From the UHGV virus genome UHGV-0162601: DNA of 37,895 nt; one strand, given 5' to 3'. The notes beneath the pieces are model-generated. The model saw nothing but the letters and a program-made list of their open reading frames with translations, searched no databases and had not been told where the DNA came from. Shown piece after piece: positions 1-8,363 of the stretch. Positions within the stretch are counted from its first letter, which is position 1; every line of letters begins with the position of its first letter. Origin of the DNA: a virus. The translations under genes and the position numbers were made by a program.

Positions 1-101
1 AATACGATATCTTTGATTCCTAGTTTCTTCAGATTAGTTAAACAAACTTCAAGCTTCCATTTAAACCGATTGATTGCCGGCTGACAAAGAATATACTTCA
101 T
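1..101 (-). CDS. N-terminal part (33 codons) of a GT8-like glycosyltransferase gene that continues in frame at 37895 if the window is circular
   Basis: ATG at 101-99 preceded by AGGTGA (112-107). The frame is open to position 1 (MKYILCQPAINRFKWKLEVCLTNLKKLGIKDIV). The last 2 nt plus the complement of 37895 form a TTG codon and the frame continues without a stop into ORF 37121..37828. Confidence 0.5.
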   Translation of the reverse strand, partial: MKYILCQPAINRFKWKLEVCLTNLKKLGIKDIV

Positions 102-110
102 TCTGATCAC

Positions 111-1271
111 CTACGCTTGTGTTGTAGTTGTTGTGGTTGTTGGTTTTGTAGTTGTAGTAGTAGTTCCCAAAGCGCTAATATCTAATACAATGAAACTATC
201 ATTACGTTTAGGTTGTCCGTTTGCATATTGTTTAGCTAGATAAATGCGTTCGTCTTCAACAAAATGGTATTCATCTGAAGCTTCAATTTTTAGCGTAGAT
301 CCTACACCCATGAAGTAATCTGAAGCTACCCCAATAACTGCTTTTCCTTCTGGCACAGCTGTTGACTGCAAGTCTGAAACTGGTACTGGCAATACTTGTA
401 CATATTCTCCATTAGCAGTTAGTACGGTTTTAGCTGGGAAAACTTTAGACCAGTAATCTGTTGGATTCACAATTAGGACCACATCAGAAGGATTTACATT
501 ACGATAAATCGGATCATCTACGCCTTCGATATTGAATTTTGATAGTCGTGCCATCAAACCACCCATCGTTGCAGCATCTAATGCTGTAATAGGTTCTGCT
601 GTTTTTTCAGCATATTCTCCGCTAGTTTGTTTGCTCATGTCACGCATCATTCCGACTGGCATATCTTTACCAGTACCATCAACAATTGCTTGTTCTAATG
701 CAATTCTCAATGATTCTACTAGAACAGTACGGACATAACGATCTAACCATACTGGACCTAAGTCAAGCATTGCCTTACATACAGGAATATAACCTGATAG
801 CTTGAACTGCTTCATGTTAATTACGTCAAAGCCATTATCTAAAACTTTTTTAACAGCTTCGCACAGTTTTCCCCACCATGCTGGATTGACTCCACGTGAC
901 ACAATCCATTCTGTTACACCAGTTGTGTTAACAAAAGTAATTTTTTGCAACAGTGGATGAGATTGTTCTAGATCTTCAAATACGCGTTCAAATACAGTAG
1001 CTGGTACTAATTCTTCAACTCCTGCAAAACCTTCGTTATTCACTACTTCGTTATAGAATTTTGTTTCTTGTGTAGTTAGTACACGCTGACCACGGTTCAT
1101 TAATACTAATTGATCTTGATTTTTTGCTGTTGCTTCTTCTAAAATTTTATCCTGTATTTCCTTAGATAAACTTACCATAGCTGCGCTAAAAGACTCTTCG
1201 TTACCATCTTTAAAAGCTTTCATCAATTGGTCGCTTGCAGCTGTTACACCTTTTAAATTTTTAACTGTCAT
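111..1271 (-). CDS. major capsid protein, HK97 family, with C-terminal ...TTTTTTKPTTTTTTTQA tail
   Basis: 386 aa, position after the ClpP-like protease, and typical HK97-fold MCP length. The C-terminal poly-Thr uses mixed ACN codons. Confidence 0.85.
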   Translation of the reverse strand: MTVKNLKGVTAASDQLMKAFKDGNEESFSAAMVSLSKEIQDKILEEATAKNQDQLVLMNRGQRVLTTQETKFYNEVVNNEGFAGVEELVPATVFERVFEDLEQSHPLLQKITFVNTTGVTEWIVSRGVNPAWWGKLCEAVKKVLDNGFDVINMKQFKLSGYIPVCKAMLDLGPVWLDRYVRTVLVESLRIALEQAIVDGTGKDMPVGMMRDMSKQTSGEYAEKTAEPITALDAATMGGLMARLSKFNIEGVDDPIYRNVNPSDVVLIVNPTDYWSKVFPAKTVLTANGEYVQVLPVPVSDLQSTAVPEGKAVIGVASDYFMGVGSTLKIEASDEYHFVEDERIYLAKQYANGQPKRNDSFIVLDISALGTTTTTTKPTTTTTTTQA

Positions 1272-1966
1272 TATTTTGCATCTCCTTGTCCAAATGTTTT
1301 ATTTAATGCTGCTGTAAATGCAGCAATTTTTTCTGCTCTTTTTTCTTCAACGTCATTCAAAATTTCTTCAACGCTTTGTTCTTTTTTAGCTTCAGTACCT
1401 GTGCTATTTTCTGCATCGATAATTTCATCGACCAATCCATAACTCAAAGCTGTTTCTGCATCCATAAACGATTCTTTTTCAAGAAGTTCTTGCAATGCTT
1501 CATCTGTACCGTTGAATCGTGTTTTATATGAAGCCTTTACCGATTTATCAATTGATTCCAATTGATCAGCAATCGTGCGGAAGTCATCAACATTACCTTC
1601 TCCATATGTGGAAGCGCGGTGAATCATCAATTGCGCATTGTTGTAAATTTTTACAGTATCGCCAGCCATCGCGATAATTGAAGCAGCACTAGCGGCTAAT
1701 CCGTTAATCACAACGTTGATTTTTGCTTTATTTGACTTAAGTAAGTTCCCAATAGCAATCCCTTGAAATACGTCTCCACCGTTTGAATTAATTACTACTT
1801 CAATTTCTTCTTGATCACCTAGACTATCCAAAATATTTTTGATTCCCTTGTCAGTATTCCCTTCAAAGAACCAACTAGAACCAATAAATCCCTGAATAAA
1901 AATTTGCGGTACTGTGCCTTCATTCTTTACTGCTAGAAATGTTTTCATTGTCGTCATTCGCCTCAC
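1271..1966 (-). CDS. ClpP-family head maturation protease
   Basis: ClpP-like core (VINSNGGDVF...INGLAASAASIIAMAGD) and position between portal and capsid. Confidence 0.8.
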   Translation of the reverse strand: MRRMTTMKTFLAVKNEGTVPQIFIQGFIGSSWFFEGNTDKGIKNILDSLGDQEEIEVVINSNGGDVFQGIAIGNLLKSNKAKINVVINGLAASAASIIAMAGDTVKIYNNAQLMIHRASTYGEGNVDDFRTIADQLESIDKSVKASYKTRFNGTDEALQELLEKESFMDAETALSYGLVDEIIDAENSTGTEAKKEQSVEEILNDVEEKRAEKIAAFTAALNKTFGQGDAK

Positions 1967-3116
1967 CTCCTTTCGATACTTGTTGGTTGTTTTTAGTTAT
2001 AAATATTTCATCCGCCATCGCCTTATCAGAGCGATCATTTCCAACGCGTTCTCTTCCTTCGTTGATTGTAAATACCCCATTTCTAATGCCGACATCAATA
2101 GCGTCAACCAAATCTTTGAAGCTAGTAATCTTGATCATAGTTGTATCCACGCGTACAAAATTTCCTGACAAGTATTCTTCTGCTTCATAGAGACTAGCGT
2201 TAAATGCATCCTGAATAAGTTCAGCAATCGGTATGATTTCGAACATTAAAAAAGCGTCCACTTGATCCGATAACCCACTCATGTCTCCCTTTAGTAGGTT
2301 TTTCGGAACGTGAAACGCTGCTGCTGTCATCTCAAAGATGTCATCTATTAAGTTTTTTATATCTCTTGAATTGCTTTGAAAATTTCCGCTGAAATCTTCT
2401 AATGTGTACTCATTTTGTAATTGAAATACCGCACCTGCATTATCGGCTTCCATAAAAGCCTTAAATTGTGATGTCATCATTTTATTGATTTGATCTTGTG
2501 TTGTATTGTCTTGCGATCGGAATAAATTCCCTTTCAGTACGTATCTACGAGCGTTAGAACGCTTGTAAACATTCATAGCACTAGAAATGAGTTTCCCATA
2601 CGCTTGATAATACGCATCGACTAGTTGCCTAATTCGTTGATCTGCGTATTTTATATAGATAACATCACTTTCTAGAAATTCTCTATCAAGGACTATGTTG
2701 TTAATTTGCACTTGAGAAAACACATCATCTTTCAATGCATATTCTGTGACATCCCAACTATCCGCAATAAATATTTCGCTAGAATTATTAGACGGAGAAA
2801 CGATCAACACTTCATTGTAGAATATTAATCTCCTGATCAGTTTTTTTCTAAATTCTGTTGCATTATTTTTCTTATTAGGAGCTACATTCAGCCTATAGTA
2901 AAGATCATTCTTTTTATTTTTTCCATCTTCATATGACTTGAATTCTGCTTTACTCATCGCATTTGCAATCAAATCAATACAAGTTTCAATCGCAAATTTT
3001 CGATACACAAAATCAACTTGCAATTTACAAAAATATTCTTCTAAAGGAACTGTTGCTTTTTTTGTGAAGTATCCTACCGCCTTTTGAAAAATCCCCACTT
3101 TCTCACCTCCTTTCAA
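1920..3116 (-). CDS. portal protein (HK97-type)
   Basis: 398 aa, immediately downstream of TerL and upstream of the protease. Confidence 0.75.
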   Translation of the reverse strand: MKGGEKVGIFQKAVGYFTKKATVPLEEYFCKLQVDFVYRKFAIETCIDLIANAMSKAEFKSYEDGKNKKNDLYYRLNVAPNKKNNATEFRKKLIRRLIFYNEVLIVSPSNNSSEIFIADSWDVTEYALKDDVFSQVQINNIVLDREFLESDVIYIKYADQRIRQLVDAYYQAYGKLISSAMNVYKRSNARRYVLKGNLFRSQDNTTQDQINKMMTSQFKAFMEADNAGAVFQLQNEYTLEDFSGNFQSNSRDIKNLIDDIFEMTAAAFHVPKNLLKGDMSGLSDQVDAFLMFEIIPIAELIQDAFNASLYEAEEYLSGNFVRVDTTMIKITSFKDLVDAIDVGIRNGVFTINEGRERVGNDRSDKAMADEIFITKNNQQVSKGGEANDDNENISSSKE

Positions 3117-3117
3117 G

Positions 3118-4821
3118 TTAGAATACTAGAGGAGTAAATCCAGTTCCTGTATTTTCTACTGAGCTATTTGTGACTGTTACAGGAGCAGAATCATAAATAT
3201 CATCTAAAAAATTCAAACCATGAAGGAATGAAAAAAAACCATCCGTTTTTCTAGTTTCAGGTTCTATTTTTTCATAGCGTATATTTCCATTAGAAATATG
3301 CTCTTCATATACATTCATGCAGTACCAACGCATAATTGCATCGTCACCAAAATATAAACGTTGATTAATAAAAAGGTCATCAACCAGATCTTTTAACATA
3401 CCATGTGTAACAGATCCGCTTCGAACAATTTCCACAGTAAAACCCGCTTCTTCTAAAGCGGGCTTCAATATTTTTGCACGGTACATATCCATAGCAATTT
3501 TTTTAATGTAATATTTGTTACTCATTTCAAGAAACCAACCTACGATATAATCTGCTTCTATATTTTTTCCATGAACGATTTGTGATTTGCCTTGATCTAT
3601 AGAAATATCTATAACCTCTCGTTTTATGTTCTGTAATCGAAGAGCTGATTCGTGGATAAAAGTATGTTGCGTAAAATAAACATCTTTATCATATTTTCCT
3701 AGCAACCCAACGCTGGCAAAATCTCGTCTATCAGCAAAATCGACTGTTCCTATCACTTCATCCATTTTTTCAGGAAATTCTTTTTCTTTCGTATGCAGAA
3801 CATCATCATATGAAGCAACAGCAAATCGTGTATCTTCCATAGGTCTGTTCATTCGTTTTGTCATGAACGTAAGTCTTAAACCAGCATTACGTTGCATTTG
3901 AGAGTATTCTTGAAACATTTTCCGTTTTAAATCTGCATTGTAATTAATAGTTGGACAAGCTTTTTCCCACATGTCAGGATCATCAACTTCATCATCATTA
4001 TCTAAGCGACAAATAAATGGAAACAAACTAGAAAATTCTGCTCCATCTTTATCAATTCCAAGTTCTCCAGAAAGAATCATTTTTGATTCTTCTATAATGT
4101 CATCAAGTGGTCCACCTCGAACATGACCATTAGTTGTATCATAAAATTCTCTATAATCTCGAATTTTACCACCACCAGAAGTAGCTACATTCATCATTGA
4201 ATAATCTTCATTTTCGTGAATTTCATCAAAGCGGTTTGCTCCTGGCCGTTTACCATCTTTTGTTCTAGCGTTCGCCGTGTTATATCGAAGTTTGCTATTT
4301 GTAGCAATATTTTTAATGACTTCCTTGGTTGCTTTGAATACTTTTTTATCTAAATCAGGATGAGCTTTAATCACTTGATAGACGTCTTCAAAGCTAGTCT
4401 TGGCTTGATCTTCATTATTCGCAAAAATGTCAATATTATAATTTTTAATACCGTGTTTCGCGGTTAGTAAAAAGAAGTTGTTCCATGATGCATAACCCGT
4501 TTTGCCATTTCCTCGACCCATCAGAGTTAAATATCTATTGAACACTAGCGTTTTATCTTTTTTCCATCGGACTCCATAAATAAAACATTGTAGAAATTTT
4601 TCCCACGGAATTAATTCAAATGGAAAGTATTGTGCTGGTATATTGATTGAATCCTCTACCATCTGCTTATCGAAGTAAATATCTTCTCTAGTAAAGACTC
4701 TTTCTTCTAGATAATTTTTTAGCAATAATTGCTCTTTGCATACCTTGATAGTGCCTTCTTCTATAGCTTTGAACCAATTTTCAATATGCTTATAATTCAG
4801 GAATTGATTCATTTGCTTCAC
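3118..4821 (-). CDS. terL: terminase large subunit
   Basis: 567 aa with a Walker-type ATPase region (LTLMGRGNGKTGY) and nuclease C-terminus. Overlaps TerS. Confidence 0.9.
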   Translation of the reverse strand: MKQMNQFLNYKHIENWFKAIEEGTIKVCKEQLLLKNYLEERVFTREDIYFDKQMVEDSINIPAQYFPFELIPWEKFLQCFIYGVRWKKDKTLVFNRYLTLMGRGNGKTGYASWNNFFLLTAKHGIKNYNIDIFANNEDQAKTSFEDVYQVIKAHPDLDKKVFKATKEVIKNIATNSKLRYNTANARTKDGKRPGANRFDEIHENEDYSMMNVATSGGGKIRDYREFYDTTNGHVRGGPLDDIIEESKMILSGELGIDKDGAEFSSLFPFICRLDNDDEVDDPDMWEKACPTINYNADLKRKMFQEYSQMQRNAGLRLTFMTKRMNRPMEDTRFAVASYDDVLHTKEKEFPEKMDEVIGTVDFADRRDFASVGLLGKYDKDVYFTQHTFIHESALRLQNIKREVIDISIDQGKSQIVHGKNIEADYIVGWFLEMSNKYYIKKIAMDMYRAKILKPALEEAGFTVEIVRSGSVTHGMLKDLVDDLFINQRLYFGDDAIMRWYCMNVYEEHISNGNIRYEKIEPETRKTDGFFSFLHGLNFLDDIYDSAPVTVTNSSVENTGTGFTPLVF

Positions 4822-5104
4822 CTACCAATTCAGGAGTAATGGCAAGTTTATCCAACATCAATCCCATTTGTTTGTTGACAGAAACAAGCAACGCTACTGA
4901 TTCATTCTTTTTACCATTCTCCAGTCTAATGCCGTTCTCGGATATATCTTCTTCCAGTGATATCGCCGTTTCCCATAAACTGATATAACGATCAACATTA
5001 TCTAAGAATGGCTCAATATTTGTTTTCTGACTTTCCAATTGGCTTATTAAAGAGCGGCGTAATTTTTCTCTGTAGCGATTTTGAGACAATTCGTTTTTAA
5101 ACAT
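4790..5104 (-). CDS. terS: terminase small subunit (P27-like)
   Basis: 104 aa, directly upstream of and overlapping terL. Confidence 0.6.
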   Translation of the reverse strand: MFKNELSQNRYREKLRRSLISQLESQKTNIEPFLDNVDRYISLWETAISLEEDISENGIRLENGKKNESVALLVSVNKQMGLMLDKLAITPELVGEANESIPEL

Positions 5105-5206
5105 TTTAGCCCTCCTTTCATGATAAAATTCGAAAAAATCTCTTTTCCTGACAGCCCCCTCCGTTTCATCACCCCCAAAAAATTTGCGATTTATTTTAAG
5201 GGGGGG
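5105..5206. other. candidate cos / packaging-recognition region with C5-7 and G7 tracts forming a long-loop hairpin
   Basis: cccccaaaaaatttgcgatttattttaaggggggg plus cagccccctccg stand out in an AT-rich genome. The region lies between the HNH endonuclease and terS. Confidence 0.3.
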
Positions 5207-5488
5207 TTATCTCACCATCGGAATGAAAGCTTCAGCGAAGTCAATGTAATAATTAATCTCTTCAATGCTATATCCAAAAATATTTTTTATTCTTTCAACG
5301 TTATTATCTTTATTCAACGCTTCTCTTACTTGATTCACTTTGTATTTACTGCAACAGTTATCTGATAACAGATCCCTGATACCTACATAGCGAACGTATA
5401 TCAAACGTTTAATTAATCCTTGAGTATAAGATGAATACTCTTCAATCTTTTCTGTGTCATACTCTCTGCCATTGTCATTGATGATCAT
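5207..5488 (-). CDS. hypothetical protein (93 aa from MIINDNG...)
   Basis: RBS AAAGGTGG 8 nt before the ATG. Lies between HNH and terS. Confidence 0.5.
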   Translation of the reverse strand: MIINDNGREYDTEKIEEYSSYTQGLIKRLIYVRYVGIRDLLSDNCCSKYKVNQVREALNKDNNVERIKNIFGYSIEEINYYIDFAEAFIPMVR

Positions 5489-5492
5489 GCAC

Positions 5493-5837
5493 TTACCACC
5501 TTTCACTTGCATCGAAGTTAGCAAAGCTTTCTATCTTCTTCTCTTGTTTATCTAATGCTGTAAGATATCTGCCATGAACTTCATTATGATGTTCAACACA
5601 TAAACAAATAAGATTATCTAAATCTAAAGCTAAGTCAGGTCTATCCTTGACTTCCTTTATATGATGAACGTTCTCTACTCTATGATACTTACCTAGTCTT
5701 CTACACTCTTGGCATTCATAGTGATCTCGTTTCATCGCTTTCTCTCTAAGCCTGCGCCATTTAGGAGACTGATAGAACTTAACCAAACGATCTTCTCTTA
5801 TCAACTGTAATAACCATCTATAGAATTCCTCGGTCAT
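5493..5837 (-). CDS. HNH endonuclease (terminase-associated)
   Basis: CQEC...HHIKEV...CLCVEHHNEVH zinc-binding HNH motif. Position upstream of terS is typical of cos phages. Confidence 0.85.
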   Translation of the reverse strand: MTEEFYRWLLQLIREDRLVKFYQSPKWRRLREKAMKRDHYECQECRRLGKYHRVENVHHIKEVKDRPDLALDLDNLICLCVEHHNEVHGRYLTALDKQEKKIESFANFDASERW

Positions 5838-5862
5838 GTCCCATCTCCTTTCGCAATCTTAT

Positions 5863-6029
5863 TTAATACTTAGCTATTCTTTTGCCATACAATGGAATAA
5901 CTTCATTGCTTTCCTTTCGTTTATATGTATTGCTCTTTATTGGTCTTCTATACTTTCGTACTATCTCACCGTTACCGTTTTGCACAGTGATTACTTCATG
6001 CTTCTGTTCTAAGTATTGTGGTCTATACA
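5863..6029 (-). CDS. small basic hypothetical protein (55 aa, MYRPQYLEQ...)
   Basis: RBS AAGGAGG before the ATG at 6029. Confidence 0.45.
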
Positions 6030-6239
6030 TTGTTGTTACCTCCTTTTTGCAAAATAAAAAGACCACTCAACGAGTGATCTAATATGTAATGCACAGGCAG
6101 GGACGTTTCCGATCCTGTGCTTGAGACATTTGACGATTCATTTGTACCGAATCCCAAATCTCAATCTAACCTAACCAGTTATGTAATAGCAACCTACACG
6201 ATGCACAAAACGCGTACGAAATTGCGCACCCCTATATTT

Positions 6240-6360
6240 TTAAACCGCCGATGCCTCGGTTGCCAAAGTCACTGGCAAGGAATCGAACCTTGCATGGTTG
6301 CCGAAGCATTGACCTAGCACACATGCTTAGCGTCTACCCTTTCCGCCACAGTGACACTAT
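6240..6360 (-). other. tRNA-like element: canonical T-arm (caagg-ttcgatt-ccttg) plus acceptor-like inverted repeat, about 87 nt, with no canonical anticodon arm found by eye
   Basis: Minus-strand GGTTCGATTCC T-loop consensus, flanking 6-7 bp complementary ends (tcactg / cagtga), and a D-loop-like aaagggtag. Confidence 0.25.
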
Positions 6361-6380
6361 AAAATTATTCTTGGCTGCTA

Positions 6381-6464
6381 CTATTTTTTATTTTGCCCAT
6401 TTTTAAATCCAATCATATAGACATTAAGACAGAGCGCAAAAATTGAAATTATTAATGGAATCAT
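6381..6464 (-). CDS. 27-aa hydrophobic peptide MIPLIISIFALCLNVYMIGFKNGQNKK (type I toxin-like small membrane peptide)
   Basis: Strong RBS AAAGGTGGGTG about 6 nt before the ATG. One TM segment plus a basic C-terminus. Below the ORF-track size cut-off. Confidence 0.35.
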   Translation of the reverse strand: MIPLIISIFALCLNVYMIGFKNGQNKK

Positions 6465-6621
6465 TTCTCTTCACCCACCTTTAGTTATCGTGTGAATAAT
6501 TAAAAAACAATAGACAGCAACAAAATAACATTGCTTTGATAATTTGGTATAAACCACTATAAATTTCTTTTCTTGCAATTATTTTTAATATATGCTAGAT
6601 TATCAACCGATATAGTCACTG

Positions 6622-6653
6622 CCTGTACTAGCGGAAACTAGTGCAGGTTTTTT
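6622..6653 (+). terminator. rho-independent terminator (10-bp stem cctgtactag/ctagtgcagg, loop cggaaa, T6)
   Basis: Perfect stem with one G-U pair followed by tttttt. Confidence 0.6.
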
Positions 6654-6690
6654 GTTCTATTTACTCAAAAGTTATTACGATAAATTAATA

Positions 6691-6718
6691 TTGTGAAAAT
6701 AAATACTAAGCGTATAAT
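6691..6718 (+). promoter_or_regulatory. sigma-A type promoter (TTGTGA, 16-bp spacer, TATAAT) for gene 6768..7121
   Basis: Consensus -10 and a near-consensus -35 about 50 nt upstream of the RBS AAGGTGG. Confidence 0.5.
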
Positions 6719-6767
6719 TTTATTTATCAGCGAGTGGTCCGCTGAAATAATTTAAGGTGGTAAAAAA

Positions 6768-7121
6768 ATGGCAAAAATTGATGATTACCGTTCAGACATG
6801 ATTGAATATATTGAACTCTTCGCTAAAAATTCTAACAATAATATTATTATTCAAACTGGAGGAGCAACAATTTGCGGAACTCCTATAGACTTTGATGCTG
6901 AAGTAAAAGTAAATCCTCTTATTGATGCTATGATGGATTCTTTTGCAGAATTTCGCTCAAAAAAAATTGATGATATAGAAAAAGATGATGAGCAAAGTTT
7001 GGTAGTCAAATCTATCTTTCTGAAAGATGTTACCATCATAGGCGAGAGAACTACTAATATCCCATTTTTAGTTGTTTTTGCTGATCAGATTTCTGCAATT
7101 TCTCTCGGGAACTTGGAGTAA
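6768..7121 (+). CDS. hypothetical acidic protein, opposite-strand moron gene
   Basis: 117 aa with its own promoter, RBS AAGGTGG and a downstream terminator. Confidence 0.6.
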   Translation: MAKIDDYRSDMIEYIELFAKNSNNNIIIQTGGATICGTPIDFDAEVKVNPLIDAMMDSFAEFRSKKIDDIEKDDEQSLVVKSIFLKDVTIIGERTTNIPFLVVFADQISAISLGNLE

Positions 7122-7237
7122 CAATAGATTCATTTAAATTATCTATATTGATTAAATTGCTAATCTCTCGGCTATTACAAATAGCTGAGAGGATTTCTTT
7201 TATTTCTCCTGAAGTACCTTCAATCGATAATTTCATA
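7054..7237 (-). CDS. hypothetical 61-aa protein (MKLSIEGTSGEIKEIL...), 3' end overlaps the convergent gene 6768..7121 by 68 nt
   Basis: RBS GGAGGG 7 nt upstream of the ATG at 7237. Confidence 0.4.
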
Positions 7238-7266
7238 TTCTTACCCTCCAATACATAAATTAATAG

Positions 7267-7348
7267 ACAGCAACGGATGATAGATAATAAGAACAATTTA
7301 GAAGGAGTTGAAATTCACATCCTTATTCTTAATATTTCCGTTGCTGCC
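7267..7348. repeat. long imperfect inverted repeat (cagcaacgga ... tccgttgctg, plus inner taagaa/ttctta) around a 32-nt centre
   Basis: 10-bp perfect outer arms at 7268-7277 and 7337-7346, with inner imperfect arms. Confidence 0.5.
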
Positions 7349-7370
7349 TATCGAAGCTTAATTAAACGAT

Positions 7371-7401
7371 GAGGGAGATTTCCTCCCTTACATTTTATTT
7401 T
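7371..7401 (+). terminator. rho-independent terminator (gagggag-atttc-ctccctt, then T-rich)
   Basis: 7-bp stem followed by acattttattttg. Probably ends the transcript of 6768..7121. Confidence 0.5.
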
Positions 7402-7494
7402 GTCGATCCTGTTTCCTAATCTTTCGACACTATCATAATATCACTGATAAATGGCTAAAAACCGCCATCATTCCGCCAAAAAACCGCCATTTTT

Positions 7495-7881
7495 TTATGC
7501 GTCAGTCACTATACAAAGTTTGTCTTTGACCTTTAAAGCACAAACACTATAATAGTAGCCACCATTCCCATCATCCGCTGTGCATTCTGCTTTAGCGATC
7601 TCATTACGATTATGATAAACAACGACTTCAGCATAAGAGGTATGTCCGTCACCATTATATTCATACTTACCTTTGTCAAATATTTTTATATCTGTAATAA
7701 CCGCGTCAAGTTTTACATTTTTGAATTCACCCCCAGCCCATGCGCAACAATCATACTCGCTACATACAACTTCTAATTTTGTTCCATCTTCTAAAATTAA
7801 TTCACTCTCAGACCATTCTACGATTTTTTTGAAAATAAGATCTTTTTTCAACTCTTTCAATGATACATAATCTTTCCACAT
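7495..7881 (-). CDS. hypothetical Cys-rich protein (128 aa)
   Basis: ORF only. Located downstream of ArpU. Confidence 0.55.
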   Translation of the reverse strand: MWKDYVSLKELKKDLIFKKIVEWSESELILEDGTKLEVVCSEYDCCAWAGGEFKNVKLDAVITDIKIFDKGKYEYNGDGHTSYAEVVVYHNRNEIAKAECTADDGNGGYYYSVCALKVKDKLCIVTDA

Positions 7882-7893
7882 TATATAGTCCTC

Positions 7894-8310
7894 CTATTTA
7901 TAAGCAATTATTTTCCCATGTTTATATGCTTCTGCAAACTCTATCAGAGCTTCCGACTTCATCCGTTGTATGCTTCTTTCTGAATAACCCACTTCACGGC
8001 TAATCCTGTAGTTTGAGAAGCTATCTGGCACACAAAAGCTGTAGTAGAGTATCTGACGACTAATCAGACTAAGCGCCATCAAAGCCGCTAGAATCGCGTC
8101 TCTCTCCGCTTCTATATCCATCATTTGAATGATCGCGTCTTCTGCCTTATTGCCGTGCTTCGGTGCCTTCGGCATATCCGTAATAATTGGCGACTTAATA
8201 TCTATCAAAGAGCGACCTGCCATCCGCTCCAAACGCCGAAAGTTCTTCAGCACATCTCTCGCATTACATCTTGTCTGTTTGAAATCTACCTCTCGTAACA
8301 ATTGCATCAA
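7894..8310 (-). CDS. arpU: ArpU-family late transcriptional regulator
   Basis: About 138 aa with a sigma-region-4-like C-terminus. Canonical position immediately upstream of the packaging module in Firmicutes phages. Confidence 0.75.
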   Translation of the reverse strand: MMQLLREVDFKQTRCNARDVLKNFRRLERMAGRSLIDIKSPIITDMPKAPKHGNKAEDAIIQMMDIEAERDAILAALMALSLISRQILYYSFCVPDSFSNYRISREVGYSERSIQRMKSEALIEFAEAYKHGKIIAYK

Positions 8311-8363
8311 GTCAAACCGCTCCTTTTATGTGATATAATAAACTTGTCTGTTTTATTATGTTA

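Noticed and set aside
111-176. Poly-Thr tails as a homopolymer sequencing or slippage artefact
   Set aside because: Thr codons are mixed (ACA/ACT/ACC/ACG) and both genes end with the same Gln-Ala dipeptide, so the motif is encoded, not slipped.
532-738. Plus-strand ORFs inside structural genes (532..738, 1914..2168, 1939..2190, 26881..27198, 31223..31729, 31892..32191, 32441..32701, 32780..33001, 33554..33937, 35480..35725, 36392..36634)
   Set aside because: All lie antisense within long, well-supported minus-strand genes, lack RBSs and have low-complexity translations. Those in the TMP come from its periodic repeats.
6117-6317. 66-aa plus-strand ORF
   Set aside because: Overlaps the tRNA-like/structured non-coding region, with no RBS. 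Judged spurious.
6240-6360. Calling a bona fide tRNA gene
   Set aside because: The T-arm and acceptor pairing are good, but no valid 5-bp/7-nt anticodon arm or regular D-stem could be placed by hand. Left as a tRNA-like element pending tRNAscan-SE/ARAGORN.
7495-7881. Cys-rich 128-aa protein as a zinc-finger regulator
   Set aside because: The Cys spacing (CSEYDCC ... C ... C) does not match a motif I recognise. Kept as hypothetical.
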